A stretch of DNA of 64,000 nucleotides from Nitrospirota bacterium (lineage in GTDB: Bacteria; Nitrospirota; UBA9217): the NCBI GenBank assembly GCA_963818475.1, contig CAWFSF010000006.1, positions 2,208,001 through 2,272,000 of the forward strand, read 5' to 3'. The notes beneath the pieces were generated by a model, which had not been told where the DNA came from, made no database searches, and was given only the letters and a program-made list of their open reading frames with translations. The translations under genes and the position numbers were made by a program. This document shows positions 30,343 to 41,600 of this stretch, piece by piece (the first letter of the stretch is position 1; every line of letters begins with the position of its first letter).

Positions 30343-31428
30343 TCACGCCGCGCAGACAGCTACGTCTTTTTTCTTTCTAAGGTCCAAGAGGTACTGCCTT
30401 GCCGCAAGTGCCGCCTTCGCTCCCTCGCTGGAGGCGATGATGATTCTTTTTCCATAGGCATTCGTGATGTCCCCCGCAGCGAATATTCCAGGGAGGGAAG
30501 TCGAACAGTCGGGATATATGACTATCTCGCCCTGCGCATTCAACTCGACCAGGTTAGAGACCAGAAAAGAATTGGGCTGAAAACCGATCGCGATAAATAC
30601 CCCCGCAACCAGGAGGCTGATCGTTTCTTCTCCTGCCATCTTTCTTATCGTGATTCCTGAGACCGCGTTGTTGCCCGACAACTCAATCACTTTATACTCT
30701 TCATAGATATGCAAGTTATCAAACAACCTGATGCGCTCGATGACTACCGGGTCCGCCGTCAGTTTTGTTGCGGAGACGAGATGCACGGTCCCGGCAATGC
30801 TCTGAAGATTCTCGACCAGTTGGAGCGCCGAATTCCCGCCGCCGATTACGGCAACGTCCCTGTCCTGCGCAAAGGAAAGGTCCTGGATGTTCCCGTAGAA
30901 TACGCCTCTTCTCTGAAATCTTTCTTCTCCTGCCACGCCCAGTTTCTTTCTCGTCAATCCAGTGGTGACGATTACGGCCTTGGCAATATACGTTATCAGC
31001 TCGGATGTTGTTATCCTGAAACCGCCATCCCCTGGTTCTATCTTTTCCACTTCGCTGATTACGTGGTCGATATAATGGGAGCGGACAAGCTGCTCTTCGA
31101 ATTTCCCGACAAGCTCCGGCCCGGTGATGAAATCGAAGCCCATGTAGTTTTCAATCTTGGTGCTGTCCACGGCTTGACCACCCAGGTCCCTTGCGATAAG
31201 AAAGGCGTCCATCTTCATCGTCGAAGCGTATACCGCCGCCGTGAGGCCCGCGGGGCCGCCGCCCACGATTACAAGATCATACGAGGTGCGAGGTCGCCTA
31301 CAGGATTTATCGTGGAGAAACTTGTCCCGGCACCCTTCTGAGCAGAAATAGAAGATCTCGCCGTCACACTCGGCCGTTATGCCGGCGTCTTCATGCACCT
31401 CCATATCGCATATTGGATCTCTTTTCAT
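30343..31428 (-). CDS. YHS domain + thioredoxin-reductase-like flavoprotein lacking the CxxC
   Basis: DPICDM..YFCSEGC; GGGPAG; GGGNSA; GIFAAGD; GVFYGNIQD in place of GVSYCxxCD. Confidence 0.85.
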   Translation of the reverse strand: MKRDPICDMEVHEDAGITAECDGEIFYFCSEGCRDKFLHDKSCRRPRTSYDLVIVGGGPAGLTAAVYASTMKMDAFLIARDLGGQAVDSTKIENYMGFDFITGPELVGKFEEQLVRSHYIDHVISEVEKIEPGDGGFRITTSELITYIAKAVIVTTGLTRKKLGVAGEERFQRRGVFYGNIQDLSFAQDRDVAVIGGGNSALQLVENLQSIAGTVHLVSATKLTADPVVIERIRLFDNLHIYEEYKVIELSGNNAVSGITIRKMAGEETISLLVAGVFIAIGFQPNSFLVSNLVELNAQGEIVIYPDCSTSLPGIFAAGDITNAYGKRIIIASSEGAKAALAARQYLLDLRKKKDVAVCAA

Positions 31429-31459
31429 GAAACATCATCTCCCTTCATGTTTTAATAGC

Positions 31460-31475
31460 AGCATATCCCGTGCCA
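31460..31475 (-). promoter_or_regulatory. sigma54-type promoter at the head of the copper island
   Basis: TGGCACG-GGAT-ATGCT, 32 nt upstream of the start. Confidence 0.6.
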
Positions 31476-31882
31476 ATATTTTTTCATTTTATATCAGTCG
31501 GTTCGATGATTGGCTGAAGCCTGTGATCCTATGTCTAAATGATATGCTACAGCGATCGGACTTGAAACCACGTTGCTCGTTTTTATTATAATTCTGTGAT
31601 TTCTGACGGTAGGGCAAAAGATGTATAATCCAGAATTACGAGGGTCTTTACAGAACGGTCCGTGAGCACAGTGGCATATACATTCCTCCAGCACATGGCG
31701 TAACAATGACCACTTGAAATGACCGCGCCACATACAAAGAAAACAGAACGATAATTAAGGGTACGTGAGCTGGAAAAGGATGGGTGGAGGGTCTCTTGTA
31801 CTACGATGGTAGCATTTACTGCTCTAATTGTGAGAGGACTGCATGAGAGGTTGGTGGTCCCTAAAAACGAGCGAGCACATCG

Positions 31883-32725
31883 CTATTTTCCGAGTTTCTG
31901 GAGCCGGCTCTTTGCGATATCAGCCTCTTTGGTGCCGGGATGCTCCGCAATGACCTTGTTCAGTGCTTCCCTGGCCTTTGCCTTGTTCTTTTCGTTCAGA
32001 TAGGACAGGCCGATCTTGAGCCTTGCTCCGGCAACCTTGTCGCTCTTGGGGTAGGTGTTGATAAGCAGGGCAAAGGCATCAATGGCCTTCTTGAATTCCT
32101 TTAGTGAATAGTGGCATTCACCGATCCAGTACTGGGCATTATCTACCTGGCTCGCATCGGGAAACTGCTCGAGGTAGTTCTGGAACCCGGCAATCGCAAG
32201 TTCGAAGTTGCCTTTATCGTAGTCGCTCTTGGCCTGACGGTACGCTTCGGAAGGCTCGATCCTGACTGCAGGCCGCTGATCCTTTACCGTTGCTGAAGAC
32301 GCAGAGGACACAGCACCGGTTGCCTGCGCCTTCACCCTGGTGTCAAGGTCGTCAACGCGCGCCGCAAGCTCTGAGATCTTAAAGCCGCGATCATCGATCT
32401 TCTGCGCAAGGTCGGAAATACGGTAATTGTTCTCCTCCAACTTGCCCTGGATCAGCTGGATGTCGGTGGAGAGCTGGTCAGAGCGGGCGCCAGCATCGGC
32501 TACGGCCTTCTCCATGTCGCTCGCGCTCTTTGCAGACCTTTCCGCGGCCTCTTGCCGCTTTTCGAGGGCAGCCAGCCGCTTCTGCAGGTCCTGCACCGTT
32601 GACTCAATTGCCCTGGTGCCGGTCCGGACATCGGAGAGCTCGGAGCGGGTCTTCACAAGCTCCGCCTGCGGCGCACAAGCTGCCACGAGAAGGAGAACGG
32701 AGATGGTCACTGTTTTTTTTATCAT
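31883..32725 (-). CDS. cpoB: Tol-Pal protein CpoB/YbgF (lipoprotein, TPR)
   Basis: Lipobox VAAC, coiled coil, NAQYWIGE TPR; downstream of pal. Confidence 0.9.
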   Translation of the reverse strand: MIKKTVTISVLLLVAACAPQAELVKTRSELSDVRTGTRAIESTVQDLQKRLAALEKRQEAAERSAKSASDMEKAVADAGARSDQLSTDIQLIQGKLEENNYRISDLAQKIDDRGFKISELAARVDDLDTRVKAQATGAVSSASSATVKDQRPAVRIEPSEAYRQAKSDYDKGNFELAIAGFQNYLEQFPDASQVDNAQYWIGECHYSLKEFKKAIDAFALLINTYPKSDKVAGARLKIGLSYLNEKNKAKAREALNKVIAEHPGTKEADIAKSRLQKLGK

Positions 32726-32791
32726 AATGTCGTGAATAAGCTCAAGCGGCGCTCTGCAGCGCCGCTTGAGCGGTGGGTAGGTGTTACACTA

Positions 32792-33385
32792 TCACTGCGC
32801 GACGAGTTCGCCCCGCCGGTTATTCTGCCAGCATTCTTCGGTCTGCTCGCTGCAGACCGGTTTTTCCTTGCCGTAACTGATGAGTGAAATCCGGCTCGAC
32901 GCAATGCCGAGGTCCGTAAGATACTTCTTGGCTGCTGCGGCGCGCCGCTGACCGAGCGCCTGGTTGTACTCTATGGTGCCGCGCTCATCGCAGTTTCCTT
33001 CGATCTTGACCTTCGCGTTCGGGTTCGCCTTGAGCCATTCGGCATTGGCCTTCATCACCGGACGCGCATCATCGCGGATAAAGGAGCGGTCGAAGTCAAA
33101 ATAGATCGGCTTGAGACCGGCGCCGGCTAGTGCAGCAGCTGCGCGTTCTTTGGCCTCGGCCTCTTCGCGGGCCTTGGCTTCTGCAGCTGCACGCTCCCTT
33201 TCAGCCTGCGCCAGCGCTTCGGCCTTAGCGGCCTCTGATTGCTCAGGTGCAACCGTGGGTGCAGGCTGCGTTTCGGGCACGGACGTTACCTCAGCGCTCT
33301 TGGCGCAACCCCAGAGAACGAACATGCTTACGAGCAGGATGAGTGCAAATGATAAAACTGTGCTGATCTTTGAACGATTCTTCAT
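32792..33385 (-). CDS. pal: Peptidoglycan-associated lipoprotein
   Basis: Lipobox LWGC; IYFDFD, IEGNCDERGT.EYN.ALG.RRA, SYGKEKP, NRR. Confidence 0.95.
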   Translation of the reverse strand: MKNRSKISTVLSFALILLVSMFVLWGCAKSAEVTSVPETQPAPTVAPEQSEAAKAEALAQAERERAAAEAKAREEAEAKERAAAALAGAGLKPIYFDFDRSFIRDDARPVMKANAEWLKANPNAKVKIEGNCDERGTIEYNQALGQRRAAAAKKYLTDLGIASSRISLISYGKEKPVCSEQTEECWQNNRRGELVAQ

Positions 33386-33631
33386 GGTAATTCCTCCTTT
33401 TTTGAAAAGCAAGATTCATTCGACTCTTGTTTGGTTTTAAAACCATCTGAAACAATCTGTCCTGCTCGCTGCATGAACCTGTATAGGCATCGAAGGCAAC
33501 ATAGCATACTCCCAAAACCTTGTCAACATTTCTTGGTTTTCAACAGGCCCCCTACCGATATACATCGAGTCAGGCAGTTTTTTTTTGTCGTTCACCTCTG
33601 CTCCGATAATTTAATTTGCGAAACTGGTTGC

Positions 33632-34141
33632 CTACCATCGGTTTTCGTGCACCCGCGAAGCATCGAAGCGGTCGCCTGCTTTTTTCTCTTCCGCGGGAAA
33701 ACCGAGGGGGATCAGGGAAAAGGGAATGACCTGTGCGGGAAGCTCAAGCAGTGCGCGCATATTCACCACACGGTCCGCCGTGGGGTACACGCCGCACCAG
33801 ACCGCACCAAGCCCCTTCGCATGGGCCGCAAGCAATATATTTTCGGTCGCTGCTGCGCAGTCGAGAACCCAGTATCCCTGGTGCTTTTCGATCGTCGGAT
33901 CGCCGCAGACCAGGATCGCAGCGGATGTGTGCTTCAGCATGGCGGCATAGGGATGGAACTTCGGGATCCCGTCGAGCAAGGCTCGGTCGGTCAGGACCAC
34001 GAAATGCCAGGGCCGTTCGTTCCCGGCCGAGGGCGCGCACATGGCAGCCTCCAGGACCTCCTGGATCAGTTCGCGCGAAACGTGCTTGGGGGTATACACC
34101 CTGATGCTTTTCCGGGTCAGGAGAGCGTTCATCGCGTCCAT
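33632..34141 (-). CDS. Nitroreductase family protein
   Basis: TRKSIR, APSAGNERPW, NILLAAHAKGLG. Confidence 0.9.
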   Translation of the reverse strand: MDAMNALLTRKSIRVYTPKHVSRELIQEVLEAAMCAPSAGNERPWHFVVLTDRALLDGIPKFHPYAAMLKHTSAAILVCGDPTIEKHQGYWVLDCAAATENILLAAHAKGLGAVWCGVYPTADRVVNMRALLELPAQVIPFSLIPLGFPAEEKKAGDRFDASRVHENRW

Positions 34142-34202
34142 CGTCGATACTCCTTTCGTTTCGTGAACCGTTTAAAACAGGAGGATTGCGCCGGCAGGAT
34201 CA

Positions 34203-35168
34203 TCAGCAGAACCTGCGATGCTGCCGAACCATGTCCTCCACACCCCGGTTGAAGTTCTCCTGCGGATCCCAACCGAGAAGCTCTTTCGCCCTGGCAGGAT
34301 CGAACAGGAGGTCAGAGGTCAGGTAGCGTACATACTTGTTCAGGCCGAGCTTCACGCCGAGGGGGCCGAGGAAAAGGTCAACGAAGCGCCCGCCCCCCAG
34401 CATCAGCTGCGACGGCAAGGGAAGGATCCGGAACCGTTTATTCGACGCCTCGGCAATCGCCTTGAAAAAATCGAACCAGCTGTGGAGCAGGCCATCGGTG
34501 ATGTTAAAGACCTGGCATATGGCGTGGGGGTTTGTGCCCGCAAGACAGATTGCCGCAGCAAGATCATTTACGTGTACGAAGGGAGCAGCATGCATGCCGT
34601 TGCCGATGTACGGAAAGCCGATAGGGCCCAGGCGCTGCACCGACGATACCAGGCTTTCGAGATAGCGTGAACCCGGCCCGTAGACCATTCCGGGCCTGAT
34701 GATAACCGATGCGGCATGGGACTGGTCGGCAAGGATCTTCTCGCAGGTCCGCTTGTACCAGGTGTAATGGTCATCCAGCTCCACTGCAGGCTTCGTCTCC
34801 TCCGTAGCCGGCACCTGCGAAGGGATGCCGGCAACGCTTAAGGAACTGATGAACACGATCCGTTCTATGCCTGCCTGCGAGAGCTCGTCCACGACCCACT
34901 CCAGTGCCCGCACGTTCAATTCGGCCGCATGGCGCGACGTGTTCCGGATCTCGCCGATGTGGTACACCACATCCATGCCTTCCATGGCATCGAGGAGCGA
35001 GGCCGGATCGCCCAGGTCTCCGCGATACAGCGTCACCCCTTTGCCCTGGAGGCGGCGCGGGAGTTCCCGCTGCCTCGAAAAAAGCCGAACGATCTGTCCC
35101 TGCTTCAGAAGAAGATCGACGACCCGACTGCCGATAAATCCGGTACCGCCGGTTACCAGGGCTCTCAT
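34203..35168 (-). CDS. NAD-dependent epimerase/dehydratase
   Basis: VTGGTGFIG, YxxxK, RPGMVYGP. Confidence 0.88.
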   Translation of the reverse strand: MRALVTGGTGFIGSRVVDLLLKQGQIVRLFSRQRELPRRLQGKGVTLYRGDLGDPASLLDAMEGMDVVYHIGEIRNTSRHAAELNVRALEWVVDELSQAGIERIVFISSLSVAGIPSQVPATEETKPAVELDDHYTWYKRTCEKILADQSHAASVIIRPGMVYGPGSRYLESLVSSVQRLGPIGFPYIGNGMHAAPFVHVNDLAAAICLAGTNPHAICQVFNITDGLLHSWFDFFKAIAEASNKRFRILPLPSQLMLGGGRFVDLFLGPLGVKLGLNKYVRYLTSDLLFDPARAKELLGWDPQENFNRGVEDMVRQHRRFC

Positions 35169-35605
35169 ATGCCGACTCCCCGCAGGCATGGAACAACAAC
35201 CTACCGTTTACCAGGGCCAAACAGAGGTTCACCACGCGTTCTCTTCATGTTCCGGGCACAACACCGCATCACTGAAGTACTGCGCGTCATCAGTGAGATG
35301 ATAGTGTTAATCATAGCATATGACACCGGCTTGTCGCGCCGCAATTCATGTTTCCTGATGTGCGCGAAAACGCCGGATGTACGATGTAAGGATAGTGGAG
35401 AACTACGTGAGGAAACCCTCTGCCCACGGATTTCCGATCAGGAACAAATTAGCATCACCAAGTATATTGCACTGATAAGATGGAGGGATTTAGGCAAGGC
35501 TGTAGTGCGATCAGGAAGATTCGTATTGAAAACGTGCAGAACATTCCGGCAGAGAACACGGGGAGTTTGAGCACCACCAGGATGATCAGACATCAGACCA
35601 TCAGT

Positions 35606-36532
35606 TCAAAACCGATCTGCACGCTGTTTGGTCAGTGTCCGCAGTTTCTGCAGCGCCTGCGTCTCGATCTGTCTGACCCGCTCCCGGGTGATCCCGAACA
35701 TTTTTCCGATGAAATCAAGGGTCTTGGGCTCGCCGTCACCCAGGCCGAACCGCAATTCGAGGACCTTTCGTTCGTTCTCGGAGATCTCGGTAAGCCATTC
35801 ATCGATCTGCTGGCGTCGCTGCAGGTCGTCAGAATGCGTTGATGGTGACGGCCGGTTCTCATCATGCAGCACGTCCTTCAGCGTATCCTCTTCCTGCTCG
35901 CCGATCAGCATGTCCAGCGAGAAGGTTTCCCGCACCACCTGGGAAATGCCCCGCATCTTGTCAACGCTCATCCCCAGCGTTTCGGCGATCTCTTCAATCA
36001 TCGGATCTCTGCCCAGATCCTGCGTCAGCCGGCGAACGGCGCGTTTGTACTGGTTCACGGACTCAGCTACATGTATCGGCAGCCTGATGGTCCTCACCTG
36101 GTTCACGATAGCACGCTCAATGGATTGCTTGATCCACCACGAAGCATAGGTGCTGAACTTGAATCCCCGTTCGTACTGGAATTTTTCGACGGCCCTGATG
36201 AGGCCGAGGTTTCCTTCTTCGATAATGTCCGAGAAGGGAAGGCCGCGGTTGATATATTTTTTGCCGATGGCGACAACGAGCCGCAGGTTCGCTTCGATCA
36301 TTCTGGCCCGTGCTTCCAGATCCCCCTCGGCGACCCGCTTGCCCAGTTCCTGCTCTTGGGCGAACGTCAGAAGGGGCGTCTTTCTGATCTCCTTCAGGTA
36401 ATACTTGACCACATCGAGCGTCTTCGGCGCAGGCGCTGCTTCTCCATCCTCTGATGGCTCCGTCTGCCGGTCTCCTGCTGCTCGGCATCGTAGTGTTCGG
36501 CCACCATCAGGCTGTCAACGGGCTTGTTCCAT
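35606..36532 (-). CDS. sigma70-family (RpoS/RpoD-like) alternative sigma factor; N-terminus frameshifted
   Basis: YLKEI..PLL, ANLRLVV, DIIEEGNLGL.RAVEKF, KFSTYASWWI, TRERVRQIE. Confidence 0.9.
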
Positions 36533-36633
36533 GTACTCACAATGACCTCCTTGAGCAGAGAATCCATGCTCCGGGCAATCCCGGATCATATTTGCGATGA
36601 CGCAGGGCCGCTGATTGCCGGCTCATCCGGCAT

Positions 36634-37023
36634 TCAGCATGCCTGCGCCTGTGCGAGATCGACATTCAGCTCATTTAAAATGAACTGCGCTATTTTTTCA
36701 AAGTTAAACGGTTTGAGGATGCAATGCCGTGCGCCCAGTAACCGCGCACGCCGTTCAACCGAGGGGCAGGTATCGCTGGTCATCACGTACATCGGGACAT
36801 GGGGGCAATGCCTCTTTGCACGTTCCATAAGCTCATACCCGTCCATCCCCGGCATCCGCAGATCCGTCAGCAGAAGATCAACCGGCACTGACTCCAGCAC
36901 TTTCATCGCCTTCATACCGTTTTCGGCGGTCATGATCAGGCAGTTGCGCAGCTTTGCCCGAAGCTGCATGGTCAGCCCGTCGCGCAGATATTTATTTTCA
37001 TCAACAATTAATATTTTTCTCAT
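36634..37023 (-). CDS. Single-domain response regulator
   Basis: KILIVDE, TDLRMPGMDG, KPF. Confidence 0.85.
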   Translation of the reverse strand: MRKILIVDENKYLRDGLTMQLRAKLRNCLIMTAENGMKAMKVLESVPVDLLLTDLRMPGMDGYELMERAKRHCPHVPMYVMTSDTCPSVERRARLLGARHCILKPFNFEKIAQFILNELNVDLAQAQAC

Positions 37024-37495
37024 ACACCCCGCCTGTGCCGTCAAGAGCGTTCCGCATCGTATCGTGCAATTGCTCCAGGGTGAACGGTTTCGGGAGCATC
37101 CCTTTGAAACCAAAAGCACTGAAATTCAGCGCGACCGGGTCCGTAATGTCGCCGGTCGCAAGAATGGCCCGGACATCGGGATCGAATGCAAGCAGTTCTT
37201 TCATCGCTTCTTTGCCATTTTTGCCCTGCGGTACGTGCAGATCAAGGACCACGGCGTCGAAGGGGTATCCGCAGTCCCTTGCCTTCACGTAGCTGCTGAC
37301 CGCTTCATCGCCGTTGTCGGTCCCATAGGTCCGGTAGCCGTTCGACTCAAGCATGCGGCATATGACCTGACGCGTGATCGCGTCATCATCCATAACGAGC
37401 ACCCACGTATTCTTCCTCGGACTTTCCTTTTGAGTCCGCAGACCAGGAACGGGTGTCGGTCCAGATGTTTTTTTATGCGTACTTGAAAGCGCCAT
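37001..37495 (-). CDS. Single-domain response regulator
   Basis: VLVMDDD, VVLDL, PKPF. Confidence 0.8.
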   Translation of the reverse strand: MALSSTHKKTSGPTPVPGLRTQKESPRKNTWVLVMDDDAITRQVICRMLESNGYRTYGTDNGDEAVSSYVKARDCGYPFDAVVLDLHVPQGKNGKEAMKELLAFDPDVRAILATGDITDPVALNFSAFGFKGMLPKPFTLEQLHDTMRNALDGTGGVYEKNINC

Positions 37496-37936
37496 TATAT
37501 GCCTCCCCATGGCAACCAACGAAGTAACGGGATATCCCTCTCGTTACCACGCATGGTAAAATCGTGAATCATGCAGAAGCGCCATGAGTTTAGAATATAG
37601 CGATTAAGAATGCGGAAGCATATAGGTATCTGTCTGATAATTAAGTAGGTGTTTGTCCTACAAGAATATGCGCGGTTGTGTTGAATCTGGAAAGACCCTG
37701 CACCTAAATGAAGTTTCAGCAGACATTCTGTGCGATGAATGCAGTGGAGACCGATAGTGGAAGGTAATACAATAGACTTATGATCTGTTCATGTTGGCCA
37801 GGGTGAAAATACTGAAGCGCTTGATGCTGAGAAGAGCATTTGGACGGGGGAAATCGGGAACGATGGGGAGGTGTTGCCGGCATTCCGTTTCATGTCTCGA
37901 AGTTTAAAGAAAGGGGTTGGCGCGGACAGGAAAGGG

Positions 37937-38569
37937 CTAGGACACGAGACTGTTCTGGAGCGCGTAGCGCGTTATCTCGGAATTGGTCTTCATGTGCATT
38001 TTGGCAAGGATGCGGGTCCGATAAGTGCTGATGGTCTTGACGCTCAGCGAAAGCTCCCGGCCAATATCCTTCACTGCTTTGCCCGAAGCGATCATGCACA
38101 TGATCTGGTATTCGCGATCGGAAAGCGACTCATGGGGCGATTGGTCAGTCTTGCGGTCGAACGTGAGGGCCATGCTCTCCGCCAGGGAGGCGCTGACATA
38201 CCTGCCCCCTCTGCATACCTTCCGGATGGCTGAGATCAGTTCGTCAGGCGCGCTCTCCTTGGTCAGATAACCCGAGGCGCCTGACCGCAATGCGCGAACA
38301 GCGTATTGCTCTTCCGGATACATGCTGAGCATCAGCACCGGAAGACGGGGCTGAAGATTTTTCAGCTCCTTCAGCACGTCAAGGCCGCTCCGGCCGGGCA
38401 TCGATATATCGAGCAGCACCACGTCGAAGGGCTGTTTCTGCACCTTGGCCAGGGCGTCGGCGCCGTTCGCCGCCTCACCGGCGACCTGCATATCGTCGAT
38501 GTCCGCGAGGATCTGCTTCATGCCCTCACGAACAATGCTGTGATCGTCCACAATAAGAATCCTGATCAT
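37937..38569 (-). CDS. NarL/LuxR-family response regulator
   Basis: IVDDH, LDISMPG, LSDRE..LSVKTISTYR. Confidence 0.93.
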   Translation of the reverse strand: MIRILIVDDHSIVREGMKQILADIDDMQVAGEAANGADALAKVQKQPFDVVLLDISMPGRSGLDVLKELKNLQPRLPVLMLSMYPEEQYAVRALRSGASGYLTKESAPDELISAIRKVCRGGRYVSASLAESMALTFDRKTDQSPHESLSDREYQIMCMIASGKAVKDIGRELSLSVKTISTYRTRILAKMHMKTNSEITRYALQNSLVS

Positions 38570-38655
38570 CGCCAATCTCCTCGTCGCCTGAAAGCATAAT
38601 ATCATTCTTCCTTCTTTTTTTTTTGCATCATGCCCGCGCCGCGTCGCCTGTCCTG

Positions 38656-41600
38656 TCAAGGTGCGGCCGCCGCATTGTCGAGAGGGATCCGGATGGTGAT
38701 CGACGTTCCTTCGATCGGTTCTCCACTGCGGATATCGACGTCGCCGTTAAAGAACAGGACCCGCTCCCTGATACCCATGAGGCCGAAAGACCGATGGTCC
38801 GCGCGCTGCTCCTGCGTGATCCCCTTCCCGTTGTCCTGTATCTGGAGCGTGACCTGTCCGTCAGTTTTCCTGAGCGAAACCAGGATCTTCGATGCCTCGG
38901 CGTGGCGGATCACGTTCGTCAATGCTTCCTGCAGGATCCTGAAAAGGGCGGTCGAGCGGTCACGATCCACCATAAGGTCATCGGGCGTGATAACAAGCCG
39001 GCAGTCGATGCCGGTCCGCACCTTGAACTCTTTCATCTGCCATTCTACGGCCGCGGCCAGACCAAGATGATCGAGGATCGCCGGCCGCAGCTCCGAAGCG
39101 ATCCGCTTCACCGACGTGATCGACATGTCGATAAGGCCGACCATCGAGTCGATTTTTTTCAACAGCCCGACGTGATCGGCATACCGGTCATGCAGCCAGG
39201 ACAGGTCGAGTTTGATGGCCGTAAGCGACTGTCCCAACTCATCGTGGATCTCCCGGGCGATATCCTCCCGCTCCCGCTCGAGCACAGACTGGAGGTGCAG
39301 GGAGAGGTTACGCAACTGCTCCCGCGATTGCACCAGTTCGTCCTCTGCAACCATCCGTTCCTCGATCTCGGTCTGCAGCAGGCGATTGGCCGTTGCAAGT
39401 TCTGCCGTCCGCTCCAAAACACGTTTTTCCAGTTCATCGTACGCCTGCTGCAGTGCTGTTTTGGTCCGCTCCAGTTCAGTAATGTCATGCCAGACAACGA
39501 TCGCCCCTTGCAGAACTCCGTTCGAATAGAAAGGCGCAGCCGATACATGTCCGATGATATCTCTTCCCTGAATGTCACAAATAAGCAAAGACTCACTGAC
39601 GATCGTCTCGCCGTCAAGCGCCCGTGCCGCAGGATGCCAGTCCGGGGCCAGCAGGCTCCCGTCACGGCTCCTCATCTGCAGAATCGTTTTTTTGCTTGCG
39701 ATGTCGATCAAAAAGGGGTCAAAACCCTGCAGAGAATAGGCTGCCCGATTGGCATGTACGATCTCGCCGGAATTGTTGTAAATGACGACCGGTTCCGTGA
39801 GGGTCGCGAAGATCGCCGCCAGCTCGTCTGCGCGCTGCTCCGCCACGACCCGCATCCGGTCGACCGTGTTGAGTATGGCTTCGCGTTCAAGCTCCGCCTG
39901 CTTGCGTTCGGTCAGGTCCAGCACGAACGATATGCGCAGCAGCGGATCTTTCCTGATCAGCGTCGAACCGATGAGGACCGGAATGCGGCTTCCATCGCGC
40001 CGCAGATATTCCTTCTCATGAGGCGTGCAGGCACCTTCGGTCAGCAGCTGCTGCACCTTTTGCATTTCCTGGTCTGCATATTCCGGGGGTGTCATGCGTC
40101 GCCACAGCAGCTTTCCCTGCTTCGAGGTCGGAGCGGCTGTACCCGGTCATGGCAAGAAAAATATCGTTGGCAACCAGCACCTTTTCGTCGTCCATGGTGA
40201 TGATGCCGATGATATTGGAGTCCACCAGGCGACGGAACACGGCCTGGTTTTCCTTGAGCGCCTGTTCTGCCTTCCTGCGCTCCGCAATGGTCCAGATCGC
40301 GTCCATCATTAAGCGCAGCTGCCGCACATCCAGGTCCGTGTACGGATCGTTCTTGTTCGCCACACCCACCACCGCGACGATCCGCTGCTGCAAAATGACC
40401 GGCAGCGTCATGCATCGAATAAGGGGAGCACGGCCGAGGGGATACGCATTCTGAAGCGGGTGGGTCGCCGTAAAATCGTTGATCACGATGGGCCTGCGCT
40501 GGCGTACGGCATCGCCCCAGATACCGGTCTGAGCCAGCGGATACACCGTGGCAGGGGTGGCAATAGTGGAGTTCTTCGACCACGCATACGGCATAAACTC
40601 TTCCGTGTCCTCGTTGTAGAGGTAGATATAGCCCAGTTTGCTGCCCGACAGGGCGACCACTCCTTCGAGAGCGAATTCCACCAGCTCCTGCAGCGAACTC
40701 GCTTCATGCTGCGAGATCGCCATCAGGCTCTGGAGCCGGAGATCGTCGACCCTGCGCTCATCATCCATCCGTGCTGCGCCAGGTGTTATCGCGCACGATG
40801 TCACGGGAGCCGATGACCTCGCCGTACGCCTCGATGGCCGACGAGCTCACTTCCACATCGATCAGTCGTCCGTCCCGGGTCTTCATGATGCCGATGAACT
40901 TCTCATAGCTCCCCTCGGTGTCGAGCTTCCGCAGCGTTTCCAGGGAACGAAACGCCTGGTCCGGGGGGATGACGTCGAAGATCGACATACCGATCAGTTC
41001 CTCACGCGTGTATCCCAGGAGCTCCACGGCCTTGCGGTTCACGTCGCGGTAGACGTATTCCGCGTCAACGATGAAGATCGCATCATTGGCATGCTCAAAG
41101 AGGTCGCGGTATTTCCCCTCCGACAGCTTAAGCGCCTCCTCGATCCGCTTGTGCGCCGTAATGTCCTCCACCATGGCCAGGTGCTGACGGGGGCCGCTCC
41201 CCTCGACCCAGTATTCACCCCACATGGGCACCACGGTCAGGTGGACCCATACCACGGCCCCGTCCTTGCGTACATAGCGCTTTTCCATGGTGAAATGCCG
41301 GCTCTTTCCCTCCAGCAGCCGGTCCATGTTTTCCTGGTCGTTCTGAAGATCATCCTTATGGGTGATGTCCCGGAAACTGAGCTGCAGCATCTCCTGCTGA
41401 TCGTACCCGGTGATGTCGCAGTACTTGGGGTTGACCTGCAGAAATCTGCCGGTGAGGGAGTCGAGCAGGGCAATGCCGACCGGCGAGCGCTCATAGATCG
41501 CCCGGAAGCGGCTTTCGCTCTCGCGCAGCTCCTCCTCTTTCTGCCTGAGCGTGCGATCCTGACGCGCCAGGGGTTCATCGAACCCGGAGAGGATGACGGC

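Noticed and set aside
36510-36532. In-frame TGA near the sigma factor start as a Sec codon
   Set aside because: No redox motif context; explained by a 1-nt insertion in a C-run.
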